From: Lentimicrobiaceae bacterium
Lineage (GTDB): Bacteria; Bacteroidota; Bacteroidia; Bacteroidales; JAGNHN01
Direction of reading: 5' to 3'
Length of the DNA: 64,000 nucleotides
NCBI GenBank assembly: GCA_018001695.1
Contig: JAGNHN010000001.1
Span: 8,226 to 72,225 of the forward strand
In this document: positions 18,551 to 28,951 of the stretch, one piece after another
How the letters are laid out: every line of letters begins with the position of its first letter
How positions within the stretch are numbered: position 1 is the stretch's first letter
The notes under the pieces: model-generated
Told to the model about the DNA's origin: nothing
Seen by the model: only the letters and a program-made list of their open reading frames with translations
Databases searched by the model: none
Program-made: the position numbers and the translations under genes

Positions 18551-20086
18551 TCAAAGCGGGATATTTCCATGTTTCTTTGGAGGGCTGTTTTCGCGCTTAT
18601 TCTGAGACATTTCCAGGGCCTGGATCAGCTTAAGGCGGGTCTGTTTGGGATAGATGATTTCATCGATATATCCCAGCTCCGCGGCTTTGTATGGACTGGC
18701 AAAGGTATTGCGGTAATCTTCTACAGCCTGAGCCTTTTCACCATCATTCAGTTTCCCTTTGTAAATAATATTGACAGCTCCTTCGGGTCCCATCACGGCG
18801 ATCTCAGCTGTTGGATATGCAAAATTGACATCTGCGCCGATATGCTTGCTGGACATCACATCATAGGCACCTCCGTAGGCTTTTCGGGTGATCAAGGTAA
18901 TTTTGGGTACGGTGGCTTCCGCAAAAGCATACAATAATTTCGCGCCGTGTTTGATAATGCCGCCGAACTCCTGTGCTGTCCCCGGGAGGAACCCCGGCAC
19001 ATCCACAAAGGTCAGGAGCGGAATATTGAAGGCATCGCAAAAACGCACAAACCGGGCTGCTTTGGTACTGGAGTTGATGTCCAATACGCCAGCCAGATAA
19101 GCGGGCTGGTTGGCCACAATACCGACCGGTCTGCCATTCATCCTGGCAAACCCGACCAGGATATTCTGGGCATAGTGGGGCATGACTTCCAGAAAGTGAT
19201 GATCATCAACCACCGTTGTGATGAGCTCACGCATGTCGTATGGCTTGTTCGGGTCGGCCGGAACGAGGTCCTGAAGGCGGGCATCTTCCCGGTATATATC
19301 GTCCATACAGGGCTTCACCGGAGGGTCTTCCATGTTATTGGAGGGCAGGAAACCGATGAGTTCGCGCAGCATCATCATGGCCATCTCATCATTTTCAGCA
19401 ATAAAATGGGCTACGCCACTCCGGCTGCTGTGGGTCTGTGCGCCCCCCAGTTCTTCCATGGTGACTTCTTCATGCGTTACCGTTTTTATGACATCCGGTC
19501 CGGTTACAAACATATAACTGGTATCCTTGACCATCATGATGAAGTCGGTGATGGCCGGAGAATAAACTGCGCCGCCTGCGCAAGGTCCCAGGATGGCCGA
19601 GATCTGCGGTATCACGCCGGAAGAGCGGACATTTCGAAAGAAAATATCGGCATAACCACCCAGACTTTGTACGCCTTCCTGTATTCTGGCCCCGCCCGAA
19701 TCGTTGAGTCCGATGACCGGCGCCCCCATCTTCATGGCCAGGTCCATGACCTTGACTACTTTATCGGCGTTGGCCCGGCTCATGGTACCGCCGAAAACAG
19801 TGAAATCCTGGGCAAAAACATACACCAGCCTGCCGTCGATCTTGCCGTAGCCTGTGACAATGCCATCACCAATAATTTTCTGTTTCTCCATACCAAAATC
19901 AGCACAGCGGTGCATGACAAACTTGTCCATCTCGACAAAGCTGCGCGGATCCAGAAGATCCAGGATACGCTCGCGTGCGGTCTTGCGCCCGGCAGCATGC
20001 TGACGGTCAATACGCTCCTGTCCGCCACCCAGCTCAGCTTCGCTGTTGCGTCTTTCCAGTTCGCGGTATTTTTCTTCAATATTCAT
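18551..20086 (-). CDS. Acyl-CoA carboxylase carboxyltransferase (beta) subunit (propionyl-/methylmalonyl-CoA type)
   Basis: 511 aa. It resembles PccB/MmdA-type carboxyltransferases over its full length ([11 protein letters not shown]..., GGARIQEGV, ...GGAYDVM). Confidence 0.92.
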   Translation of the reverse strand: MNIEEKYRELERRNSEAELGGGQERIDRQHAAGRKTARERILDLLDPRSFVEMDKFVMHRCADFGMEKQKIIGDGIVTGYGKIDGRLVYVFAQDFTVFGGTMSRANADKVVKVMDLAMKMGAPVIGLNDSGGARIQEGVQSLGGYADIFFRNVRSSGVIPQISAILGPCAGGAVYSPAITDFIMMVKDTSYMFVTGPDVIKTVTHEEVTMEELGGAQTHSSRSGVAHFIAENDEMAMMMLRELIGFLPSNNMEDPPVKPCMDDIYREDARLQDLVPADPNKPYDMRELITTVVDDHHFLEVMPHYAQNILVGFARMNGRPVGIVANQPAYLAGVLDINSSTKAARFVRFCDAFNIPLLTFVDVPGFLPGTAQEFGGIIKHGAKLLYAFAEATVPKITLITRKAYGGAYDVMSSKHIGADVNFAYPTAEIAVMGPEGAVNIIYKGKLNDGEKAQAVEDYRNTFASPYKAAELGYIDEIIYPKQTRLKLIQALEMSQNKRENSPPKKHGNIPL

Positions 20087-20097
20087 ATCCGGTTGGT

Positions 20098-20601
20098 TTA
20101 TTCAATGATCATAAGGGTTTGATTGCCATCTACCGTATCGCCTGCTGAGACGAAGACCTCACGGACGGTGCCGTCGGCGGCGGCCTTGAATTCACTCTCC
20201 ATTTTCATGGCACTGATGACGATGACAGTCTGGCCTGCCTTCACTTCTTCGCCAATGGCAACGGGGATGCGAACGACCTTTCCGGGCATGGGGGCCACGA
20301 TGCGGTTACTGCCTTCTCCAAAGGCCAGGCGGTCCATCGCTTCCTTGTATTTCGTTTCAGCATCGACGATCTCAGCTTCATACGACTGGAAAAAGGTATT
20401 CACCAGGTATTTTTTGGGACTTCCATCCGGGATCAATTCAAGGTTATAGGATTTGCCGTTATAAAGGATGCTATAGACGCCCTCTTCAACCTGAACGATG
20501 TCAATATCATAGGTTCTGCCATCAACGGTGAGTTTAGCCTGGTTACCATCAATCGACAGTAGTTCAACCTTAGCGAGGCGGTGCAACAATCTTACTTCCA
20601 T
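20098..20601 (-). CDS. Biotin carboxyl carrier protein
   Basis: 167 aa. The C-terminal biotinyl domain carries the AMKME biotin-lysine motif ([13 protein letters not shown]). Confidence 0.9.
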   Translation of the reverse strand: MEVRLLHRLAKVELLSIDGNQAKLTVDGRTYDIDIVQVEEGVYSILYNGKSYNLELIPDGSPKKYLVNTFFQSYEAEIVDAETKYKEAMDRLAFGEGSNRIVAPMPGKVVRIPVAIGEEVKAGQTVIVISAMKMESEFKAAADGTVREVFVSAGDTVDGNQTLMIIE

Positions 20602-20613
20602 ATTATCAATGGG

Positions 20614-22122
20614 TTATATTCTATACATACCACTATGACGTCCATATACCTTCCAACGTGAAGGCTCATGAGATTTCAGACTGCCGGCCGCAGCTTTGCT
20701 GAGCTGGCTCTGATAATCAAGAAAAGCGGTGATGACTGCCAGATCCTCACAGACCCTGTCACACTCCTGCCTGGAGGTCAGAAACTCAATATTGTCATCT
20801 ATAAAATGTGTATTGTACTTGCCACTGATGAAAGCATCAGCCTGCATAATACGCTCAAGGAACTTGATGGAAGTTTTGACGCCGGTGATCTTATACTCAT
20901 ACAAGGCACGCCGCATGCGCCGGATGGCTTCCTCACGCGTCTTTCCCCAGACGATCAGTTTGGAGATCATGGGGTCATAATACATCGGGATCTCATATCC
21001 TTCGTATACGTAACCATCATGCCTTACACCCAGACCCAGCGGCTCAGTGATATGGCGGATCAGTCCCGGGCTCGGCATAAAGCCCCTATCCGGGTCCTCA
21101 GCATAAATGCGGCACTCGATAGCGTGCCCTTGCTGCCGAAGGTCTTCTTGCCGGAAGGGCAGGTTGCCGCCTGATGCGATGTTGATCTGCTCCTTGACCA
21201 GGTCAACGCCCACCACGCGCTCGGTGATGGGGTGCTCAACCTGGAGGCGGGTATTCATCTCCAGAAAATAATAGTTCAGATTGTCATCCACGATGAATTC
21301 GATGGTGCCTGCCCCGTAATAATCCACAGCGCGGGCAGCTGCCACAGCATCCTCCCCCATTTTCGCCCTGATCTCAGGCGTCAGCAGTGGGCTGGGGGTT
21401 TCTTCGATCACTTTTTGATGACGGCGCTGTATAGAGCACTCACGCTCAAACAGATGCACCGTGTTCCCGTGCTTATCTGCCAGCACCTGAAATTCGATAT
21501 GATGCGGTGAATCAATATATTTCTCAACATAAACGGCATCATCGCCGAAGGCAGCCATGGCCTCTGAACGCGCAGCACGTATGCTTTCAAGGACTTTGTC
21601 TTCATCCCGGACCAGGCGCATGCCTTTACCGCCTCCTCCGGCTGAGGCTTTAATCATGACCGGTAATCCAATCTCCCTGACCACCTTCAAGGCCTCCGTT
21701 TCATCCGTGATCGCCGATTCCGTTCCGGGAACCACGGGTACCCCCGCTGCGATCATGGTCTTGCGGGCTGTGATCTTATCGCCCATGGTTGAGATGGCTT
21801 CCGGGCTGGGACCAATGAAATTAATCCCATCCTCAGCACAACGGCGCGCAAAGGTGGCATTCTCAGACAGAAAGCCATAGCCAGGATGAATGGCATCCGC
21901 CCCGCTTTGCCTGGCCGCATCCAGGATACGGTCCATATTCAAATAACTTTCCTGGGAAGGGGCCGGGCCGATGAAAATGGCTTCATCTGCATACCTCACA
22001 TGCATGGCCTTGCGGTCGGCTTCCGAATATACCGCTACCGAGAGGATTCCCAGCTCCCGGCAAGACCGCATGATCCTGACGGCAATCTCTCCCCGGTTCG
22101 CAACCAGTACTTTTCGAATCAT
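20614..22122 (-). CDS. accC: Biotin carboxylase subunit
   Basis: 502 aa. Starts MIRKVLVANRGEIAVRIMR, and has an ATP-grasp region (GGGGKGMR) and the biotin carboxylase C-terminal region. Confidence 0.95.
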   Translation of the reverse strand: MIRKVLVANRGEIAVRIMRSCRELGILSVAVYSEADRKAMHVRYADEAIFIGPAPSQESYLNMDRILDAARQSGADAIHPGYGFLSENATFARRCAEDGINFIGPSPEAISTMGDKITARKTMIAAGVPVVPGTESAITDETEALKVVREIGLPVMIKASAGGGGKGMRLVRDEDKVLESIRAARSEAMAAFGDDAVYVEKYIDSPHHIEFQVLADKHGNTVHLFERECSIQRRHQKVIEETPSPLLTPEIRAKMGEDAVAAARAVDYYGAGTIEFIVDDNLNYYFLEMNTRLQVEHPITERVVGVDLVKEQINIASGGNLPFRQEDLRQQGHAIECRIYAEDPDRGFMPSPGLIRHITEPLGLGVRHDGYVYEGYEIPMYYDPMISKLIVWGKTREEAIRRMRRALYEYKITGVKTSIKFLERIMQADAFISGKYNTHFIDDNIEFLTSRQECDRVCEDLAVITAFLDYQSQLSKAAAGSLKSHEPSRWKVYGRHSGMYRI

Positions 22123-22141
22123 AAATTCAGGATTGTAGGCA

Positions 22142-22149
22142 CAAATGTA
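22142..22149 (-). promoter_or_regulatory. -7 box (TACATTTG) upstream of accC operon
   Basis: Exact TAnnTTTG match, 19 nt upstream of the ATG at 22122. Confidence 0.45.
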
Positions 22150-22251
22150 TGGATATAATTACATATGATTGCTAAATGTTGATAAAATTCTCCCTGTCTG
22201 CAACGGCCGTATGAGAAACCAAGATACGAAATTTTTCCGGAGCTTTGACTG

Positions 22252-23097
22252 ATGCAACATAGCCATAAAAAGATGGATCACTACAGCATAAATGATATCC
22301 GGGAAGCTGCTGATTTCCTACGGTCACAAGGGATAACACAACCTGTCATCGGCATCATACTGGGGACAGGACTGGATGCCATGACAGATCACATACAACC
22401 TTTGTGCGCCATCGCGTATGGCAGCATCCCCCATTTTCCTGTTTCAACAGTAGATTTTCATAAAGGGCAACTGATCTATGGGATGTTGGGAAACAAATAT
22501 GTCCTGGCCATGCAAGGACGTTTCCACCTTTATGAAGGCTATTCCCTGCAGCGCATCACTTTTCCCATCAGGGTCATGAAGGTACTAGGGATCAATACGC
22601 TCCTTGTATCCAATGCCTCAGGATCGATGAATCCGTCCATGAAAAAGGGGGAGCTGATGGTACTGGAAGACCACATCAACCTGCAGCCCGGCAGTCCACT
22701 GGCCGGCCCCAACCTGGACGAGCTTGGGACACGCTTTCCGGACATGAGCGAGCCTTATTCCCCGGATCTCCGTAAACGACTGCATGCGATTGCATCAGCA
22801 AGAGGTATACTACTGCATGAAGGTGTTTATGTTGCTGTAGCGGGGCCACAATTTGAGACCAGGGCTGAATACCGGTACCTGCGCGCAATGGGTGCCGATG
22901 CCGTGGGCATGTCGACGGTGCCTGAAGTAATCGTCGCGAGACATATGGGCATGGAAGTGGCCGCCGTTTCGGCCATCACTGATGAATGCGACCCCGATAA
23001 GCTGGTGCCCTTGTCGCTGGAAGATATCCTGGCCGCTGCCGCAAGGGCAGAAAAAGACCTGACCCTGTTATTTAATGATCTCATCCTGAGCATGTAA
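22252..23097 (+). CDS. Purine nucleoside phosphorylase (PunA / PNP family 2)
   Basis: 281 aa. Motifs: GIILGTGL...FHLYEGY...SNASGS...GPQFETRAE...GADAVGMSTVPE. An alternative start at 22273 (MDHYSIN...) is possible. Confidence 0.9.
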   Translation: MQHSHKKMDHYSINDIREAADFLRSQGITQPVIGIILGTGLDAMTDHIQPLCAIAYGSIPHFPVSTVDFHKGQLIYGMLGNKYVLAMQGRFHLYEGYSLQRITFPIRVMKVLGINTLLVSNASGSMNPSMKKGELMVLEDHINLQPGSPLAGPNLDELGTRFPDMSEPYSPDLRKRLHAIASARGILLHEGVYVAVAGPQFETRAEYRYLRAMGADAVGMSTVPEVIVARHMGMEVAAVSAITDECDPDKLVPLSLEDILAAAARAEKDLTLLFNDLILSM

Positions 23098-23162
23098 CCC
23101 TGCGACATGCCGGCACAGGCCTTCACACTTTCCGGCTGGAAGAGCAGGTCAACTTTTATGCC

Positions 23163-23170
23163 TACTTTTG
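23163..23170 (+). promoter_or_regulatory. -7 box (TACTTTTG) upstream of typA
   Basis: Exact TAnnTTTG match, 28 nt upstream of the ATG at 23199. Confidence 0.45.
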
Positions 23171-23198
23171 CAGCCCGTTCCATATTCAGGGCCATCGC

Positions 23199-25007
23199 AT
23201 GCAGGAAATCAGAAATATCGCCATCATTGCTCACGTCGACCATGGTAAAACCACCCTTGTTGACCGGATTCTTCATCAGGTTAAACTGTTCCGTGATAAT
23301 CAGCAGATGGGTGATCTGATCCTGGACTCCAACGAACTGGAAAGAGAGAGAGGGATTACCATTCTGGCAAAAAACGTCTCGGTCCGTTATAAAGGAGTTA
23401 AAATCAACATTATTGATACGCCGGGCCATGCTGATTTTGGGGGCGAGGTGGAGCGCGTACTGAACATGGCAGATGGGGTTCTGCTGGTCGTGGATGCTTT
23501 TGAAGGACCCATGCCACAAACCCGTTTCGTTTTGCAGAAGGCCCTGGAAATGGGATTGAAGCCGATTGTGGTTATCAACAAGGTTGACAAACCCAACTGT
23601 GATCCTGAAGAGGTGCAGGAGCAGATCTTCGAATTAATGTACAGCCTGGAGGCCGAAGAGGACCAGTTGGACTTTCCGACGGTATATGGATCCTCCAAGC
23701 AGGGCTGGATGGGGCCAGACTGGGAGCATCCTGCGCAGGATGTGAGTTATCTGCTGGACACCATTCTGGAACATATACCGCCTCCGCCCATCAACGAAGG
23801 CAGCCTGCAGGTTCAGATCAGCTCACTGGATTACTCCTCATACGTAGGCCGTATTGCGGTCGGCCGCATCCACCGTGGCCAGATCCAGGCAGGCATGCAG
23901 GTTTCTGTCCTGAAGCGCGACGGGAGTGTGCATAAGTCTCAGGTGAAAGAACTCTACGTATTTGAGGGACTGGGAAAGGAGAAAATCAAGGTGCCTGTCG
24001 GTTCCGGTGAGATATGCGCCATCCTGGGACCTGAGAACTTTGACATCGGAGATACCATTACAGATGCGCTGGAACCCGAAGCGTTGCCGCCTATCATGGT
24101 TGACGAACCGACCATGAACATGCTCTTTACGATCAACAACTCCCCTTTCTTCGGCCAGGATGGCACCTATGTTACGTCCCGCCATATACGTGACCGGCTG
24201 TTTAAGGAAATGGAACGCAACCTGGCGCTGAGGGTGGATGAAACCGACAGCCCCGACCGCCTGCTGGTCTACGGCCGCGGCATCCTGCACCTTTCGATCC
24301 TGGTCGAAACCATGCGCAGGGAAGGTTATGAGTTTCAGATCGGACAGCCTCAGGTCATTACCCGTGACGTTGATGGACAAAAATACGAACCGGTGGAATA
24401 CCTTACCGTTCATGTTCCGGATGGTTTTGCAGGCAAAGTCATCGAGATTGTCACACGCCGGAAGGGAGAGGTTATCACCATCGAGCCCCGTAACGACAGG
24501 GTGATCCTGGAATTCACCATTCCCGCCCGTGGCTTGATCGGATTGACCAATCCCATACTCACTGCGACAGAAGGGGAAGCCATCATCGCTCACCGTTTCA
24601 AATCTTTTGAACCCTGGAAAGGTGAAATACAGGGCCGGCGCAACGGGTCACTCATCGCACTCGAGACAGGTACAGCCATCGCTTACTCCATCGATAAGTT
24701 GCAGGACAGGGGTAAGTTTTTCATCGACCCCAATGATGAAGTCTATGCCGGACAAATCATTGGTGAGAGTACCCGACCTGATGACCTGGTTGTTAATGTA
24801 ATCAAAACCAAAAAGTTAACAAACATACGCGCTTCAGGCTCAGACGATAAGATCATCATTACCCCTGCTGTGAAATTCTCCCTGGAAGAGGCTATGGAGT
24901 ACATCGGTCCTGATGAGTACATCGAAGTGACCCCAAAAATCATCCGGCTGCGAAAGATCATTCTGGATGAACATGAGCGCAAACGCGCCAAAAAGCAGGA
25001 TAACTAA
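23199..25007 (+). CDS. typA: Translational GTPase TypA/BipA
   Basis: 602 aa. Motifs [19 protein letters not shown] and [14 protein letters not shown], with BipA-like similarity over the full length. Confidence 0.97.
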   Translation: MQEIRNIAIIAHVDHGKTTLVDRILHQVKLFRDNQQMGDLILDSNELERERGITILAKNVSVRYKGVKINIIDTPGHADFGGEVERVLNMADGVLLVVDAFEGPMPQTRFVLQKALEMGLKPIVVINKVDKPNCDPEEVQEQIFELMYSLEAEEDQLDFPTVYGSSKQGWMGPDWEHPAQDVSYLLDTILEHIPPPPINEGSLQVQISSLDYSSYVGRIAVGRIHRGQIQAGMQVSVLKRDGSVHKSQVKELYVFEGLGKEKIKVPVGSGEICAILGPENFDIGDTITDALEPEALPPIMVDEPTMNMLFTINNSPFFGQDGTYVTSRHIRDRLFKEMERNLALRVDETDSPDRLLVYGRGILHLSILVETMRREGYEFQIGQPQVITRDVDGQKYEPVEYLTVHVPDGFAGKVIEIVTRRKGEVITIEPRNDRVILEFTIPARGLIGLTNPILTATEGEAIIAHRFKSFEPWKGEIQGRRNGSLIALETGTAIAYSIDKLQDRGKFFIDPNDEVYAGQIIGESTRPDDLVVNVIKTKKLTNIRASGSDDKIIITPAVKFSLEEAMEYIGPDEYIEVTPKIIRLRKIILDEHERKRAKKQDN

Positions 25008-25032
25008 GGAAAAGAGGTTTTTCCCGTGCGAA

Positions 25033-27564
25033 TCAATCAGGCATGGGGGAAAGCGACTGCCGCAATAAAACAGCTTCGGGATCATCTTTCAACGTCCCCA
25101 TTGACTTTTGCAGTGACTGTGCACGGGAGGTGTTCACGTCACCCCGGCATATCCCTTTTATGATGAAAGCATGATGTCCTGAAACCATCTGTACAACAGT
25201 GTCTTCGAAGATCCAGTCCGAAGCAGAGAAATGCGGGATCCATCCGGCGAAACGCTGGGCGACCATCAGGGCATCTGTCGCATTGATAAAACCTGCCCCA
25301 TCTGTATCTGCAGCTTTCAGAGGAAGGCCTTCAAGGGTGTCCAACCCCACAAAGTGCCTCAGTATCAGCAGGGCATCGGTTGAATTGACCCCGCCCCATG
25401 GCAGGCTACTACCGCCTTGGATATTCATTGCCCCGGGCCAGATGGGGCCTGTCAAAATCAACCCGGATGTATCAGATCCATAACGATGGCCTGGTTGACC
25501 TGATATGCTGATGTCGAGCCAGGATAAACCCAGATTGTAAAGCGATCCCTCATACTGCATGTATACTTCCATACTGGGGCAATCGATGGTATGCAAAATG
25601 GCATTCCTGAAGTCTACCGGATACTCCAGTCCATTGGCGCCGTAATACCTGCATTTCCATGGCCGATCGGCTACCCATACCAAAGGCATGCTGCCTGTAT
25701 CAGCCAGGAAGGTGAGGACGACCAGGGTATCTTCACCAAGATGCAGGTCATGAATGGTGTTGAAGGTGATCCAAATCTCATCTCCGGAAAGATAAACCTG
25801 TGGGTTGGCCGATTGTATTCGGGCATGCATATAACTGACCCCCTGATACTTAAGACGTGAAGTATCAATGCGAAGTGTCATGCTGCCTGCCCTTGTGAAG
25901 TACATATTGCTGAAGCGGACAGCCAGATCAACGGTATCAGCACAAAGGCTCATTGTGTCGATCCAGGTCCGGATGGTATCGTGCGAGGGACGCACCTGGA
26001 TGCGTGACAGTTGAATGAGAGTGTCAGACCCATAAGCATTGGTGACGGTTAAGCCTACATCATATACACCAGGAGTGAAATAGATAACCGGCGGAGGATA
26101 CCTGCCAGACCAGGTCTCAGGGACTCCGCCCGGAAATGACCACACCCAGCTCGATGGCAGGAAGGAAGACTGATCATAGAACCATATGGTGTCACCTACC
26201 CGTATCGATGTATCGGAGTAGGATAAAGAAGCCTGTGGCGGATAGGCCTGAGGATACATACCATCCAGCTGCAGCTGCCCTGTCTGAAGCGGATCCAGCC
26301 ACTCACGAAGCCGGGTTTGGGGTGTGGCACCATTTTGATCCCAGGAAACTGAAAATTTACCAAAGAAACTCTCACCCAACGGATTGCTGCATGAGGCCTG
26401 GCCGCCAGTATAGGTTCCCACCAGCCTTCCCTGCTTGTTCATCAGGGGTGCCCCCTCGCCGCCAGGGCCCAGGGTACTGAAACCATTATCAGTAGGCTTC
26501 CACCTGAGTTTCCAGTGGGTGTTGACAATCCCACCACCAAAGTGACCATGTTCCAATAGGCTGTCAAACATGGCAATTTGCTTAACCAGGCTGCCCGTAA
26601 AGTGGATGCTGACACCGGAGTCAGCGGGCGCAGGATTACGATCCCATCCCATAAAATAAGGCTGATAAGCGGCAGGGATATATTGATTCAACCTCATCAG
26701 GAAAAAATCCGATCCCAGGTTACAACTGATGCCACCACTGGCGACCTCTGTGGCTCCTGTCAGCGTTTTCAGGGCAGCAGGCAGGCCAGTGGTATCACAT
26801 GCCGGAAGCTCATAATCGAAGTAGAAGACCGTCTGAAGAAGGTCCGATGCGGTAACACCGGTCACGCTGTAATCGGAGGTAAGAATGTAAGGCGTTGCAT
26901 CCAGCCTGGTGTTATTGATGAGCACGCCACTGATCAGCTTGAGCAAACCAGCCTTCTTCAAGAGAATGCGCACCACCGCCTTCTTTTCATCCTGCCAGGC
27001 CAGGCCTTCCGGAAGGCAGTTGACATTCACTTTGCATGCCACCGTGCTTTCAACACCACCTGATCCCATAATGCCCGACAATACATCCTTATCTGCCAGG
27101 GCCAGGGCTTCGGTGATGATTAAAGGTTGTATGCGTGTTTGAGCGTTTCTTACATACTTCAGAATGAGTGTATTTCCACGCTGCAGCGGCATGACTGCAG
27201 GACCACCCCTGGCTTCCCGGGCGGTAAACACCCATGTGGGAGCAGCCTGCGCTGATGTGTAGATCAAAAGGCTGTCTGATCCAGGAATCAATAAATCCTT
27301 AAAATACAAACCTACTGCAGCGGCATCAAACAGAGGAGATTGCCAAATCAACCCAGGATTGTCATGAATACCATTGATTGTCAGTCGCTTTTCTAATAGG
27401 AATAACGGTATCTCATCTGAAGTGCCGGCATGATCCTGTCGTTCTATCAAACCAGGAGAAGATGGTAAATTTCCGGCATTAAATGACTGGGCTGTCAACC
27501 AAAGGGGCAGACAACTGAGCAGCATCCATGTCAACCTGAGTCCCGGAAACCAGTTCAATCTCAT
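25033..27564 (-). CDS. Secreted trypsin-fold (lysyl-endopeptidase-like) pseudoprotease with PKD-like and dockerin-like modules
   Basis: The signal peptide MRLNWFPGLRLTWMLLSCLPLWLTAQS sets the start at 27564; the track ORF begins 16 codons upstream. S1-like blocks are NVNC, SGVLINNT, PYILTSDYS, SDFFLMRL, GGEGAPLMN and GGQASC. A PKD-like segment is present (VYDVGLTVTNAYGSD). Dockerin-like repeats are VNSTDALLILRHFVG and DTDGAGFINATDALMVAQRFAG. Confidence 0.62.
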   Translation of the reverse strand: MRLNWFPGLRLTWMLLSCLPLWLTAQSFNAGNLPSSPGLIERQDHAGTSDEIPLFLLEKRLTINGIHDNPGLIWQSPLFDAAAVGLYFKDLLIPGSDSLLIYTSAQAAPTWVFTAREARGGPAVMPLQRGNTLILKYVRNAQTRIQPLIITEALALADKDVLSGIMGSGGVESTVACKVNVNCLPEGLAWQDEKKAVVRILLKKAGLLKLISGVLINNTRLDATPYILTSDYSVTGVTASDLLQTVFYFDYELPACDTTGLPAALKTLTGATEVASGGISCNLGSDFFLMRLNQYIPAAYQPYFMGWDRNPAPADSGVSIHFTGSLVKQIAMFDSLLEHGHFGGGIVNTHWKLRWKPTDNGFSTLGPGGEGAPLMNKQGRLVGTYTGGQASCSNPLGESFFGKFSVSWDQNGATPQTRLREWLDPLQTGQLQLDGMYPQAYPPQASLSYSDTSIRVGDTIWFYDQSSFLPSSWVWSFPGGVPETWSGRYPPPVIYFTPGVYDVGLTVTNAYGSDTLIQLSRIQVRPSHDTIRTWIDTMSLCADTVDLAVRFSNMYFTRAGSMTLRIDTSRLKYQGVSYMHARIQSANPQVYLSGDEIWITFNTIHDLHLGEDTLVVLTFLADTGSMPLVWVADRPWKCRYYGANGLEYPVDFRNAILHTIDCPSMEVYMQYEGSLYNLGLSWLDISISGQPGHRYGSDTSGLILTGPIWPGAMNIQGGSSLPWGGVNSTDALLILRHFVGLDTLEGLPLKAADTDGAGFINATDALMVAQRFAGWIPHFSASDWIFEDTVVQMVSGHHAFIIKGICRGDVNTSRAQSLQKSMGTLKDDPEAVLLRQSLSPMPD

Positions 27565-27737
27565 ATCTTTAGTACGAAGTTCGATAATATTCAGAGATAA
27601 TGCTGTTAACACCCTGTTAAACTTACGTCCGTGTAAAAAACGATCCGCCGCTGCTAATGTTCAGGCAATGATCACAGGCTGGATGCATGAAAGCCTAAAT
27701 TCCCTAATTTTAACATTGCAACGCTAAGCCACTGCCT

Positions 27738-28931
27738 ATGCGCGCTTTTCATTTTCGACGTTCTGGCTTCTGCCTTCTGGGCTTTTTTTTAGGCAGCCTG
27801 GCATTTGTGTCACAGGCATTTGGCCAACCTTATGCAACGGGGCAAGTCAGCCGGACATTCGTTGACAGTACCCGAAATAACAGGCCCATTTCCGCATCGG
27901 TCTATTATCCGGCTCAGACTCCCGGAGAAGGTGTGCCATTGGCGGCCGGCAGTTTTCCGGTACTTTCACTGGGTCATGGCTTCGTGATGCAGATCTCAGC
28001 ATATGCCAATTTTGTCCGGGACCTGGTGCCTACGGGATATATTCTTGTCCTGCCGAATACAGAAACAGGAACATCTCCCAGCCACCTCAACTTCGGGCTG
28101 GACCTGGCCTTTGTGATCAGAGCCATGAAAAAGGAAGGTGCAGACTCTGGAAGCCTGTTCTTTGGGCATGTACAAACAAATTCGGCTGTAATGGGACATT
28201 CGATGGGAGGTGGGGCCGCCTTTCTGGCAGCCGATTCCGACACAGGTATAACAGCTCTGGTTACTTTTGCAGCAGCCATCACAAATCCTTCCAGTGTCAG
28301 TGCAGCCGGCACTGTCATTCAGCCCTCTCTTGTCTTCGCAGGATCAGATGACTGCGTTACGCCCCCGCTCCAACACCAGAAGCCGATGTACGATTCGCTG
28401 GCATCACCCTGTAAAGCCTTTATCAGTATCACCGGGGGCGGGCATTGTTACTTTGCTGATTATAACCTGCTATGCTCCATAGGCGAGAACCTGTGTAATC
28501 CTAATCTTACAATTACACGGGAACAGCAACAAGACGTCATGACAGACTTTCTTATACTGTGGCTCGACTGCAAACTCAAGGGCCTGTCTTCAGCATGCGG
28601 ACAGTTTCAGGACTCACTGCTGAGCTCTGGCAGAATCACTTACGAACAGTCCTGCATCAGCCTGGGCATGCTGCAGCATCGGGCCGCGGACCAGCCCTGT
28701 GAGCTGTATCCCATTCCCTTCAGCGAAACCGCGAGGCTTTACTGTATGGAGATGGCGGAAAGTGTGGAATGGTTGGATATGTCTGGCAGGGTGCTGTTTC
28801 GGAAAGAATACCAGGCGGGTATCCACGAAGACATCTTTCAGCTGGATTCCCACCCCGCCGGTCCTTACCTTATACGTGTAAGGATGAAGTCAGGTGCCCT
28901 TCATGTTATAAAAGGAATTAAAACATATTAA
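27738..28931 (+). CDS. Secreted alpha/beta hydrolase (lipase/cutinase/chlorophyllase-like) with T9SS type-A CTD
   Basis: 397 aa with a signal peptide (...LAFVSQAFGQ) and a nucleophile elbow, GHSMGGG. Candidate acid residue is in GSDDCV and candidate His in GGGHCYF. The C-terminal ~75 aa look like a Por-type CTD (LYPIPFS...YLIRVRMKSG...IKGIK). Confidence 0.7.
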   Translation: MRAFHFRRSGFCLLGFFLGSLAFVSQAFGQPYATGQVSRTFVDSTRNNRPISASVYYPAQTPGEGVPLAAGSFPVLSLGHGFVMQISAYANFVRDLVPTGYILVLPNTETGTSPSHLNFGLDLAFVIRAMKKEGADSGSLFFGHVQTNSAVMGHSMGGGAAFLAADSDTGITALVTFAAAITNPSSVSAAGTVIQPSLVFAGSDDCVTPPLQHQKPMYDSLASPCKAFISITGGGHCYFADYNLLCSIGENLCNPNLTITREQQQDVMTDFLILWLDCKLKGLSSACGQFQDSLLSSGRITYEQSCISLGMLQHRAADQPCELYPIPFSETARLYCMEMAESVEWLDMSGRVLFRKEYQAGIHEDIFQLDSHPAGPYLIRVRMKSGALHVIKGIKTY

Positions 28932-28951
28932 TATAATCTGATTTGTTGCAG

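Noticed and set aside
18947-20122. 391-aa ORF on the plus strand.
   Set aside because: It is entirely antisense to the well-supported carboxyltransferase gene. Its sequence is low-complexity with no recognisable motifs, a typical shadow ORF.
25008-25024. Short hairpin GGAAAA-gaggt-TTTTCC between the convergent typA and pseudoprotease genes.
   Set aside because: The stem is only 6 bp and A/T-rich, with no clear U-tract on either strand. That is too weak to call a terminator.
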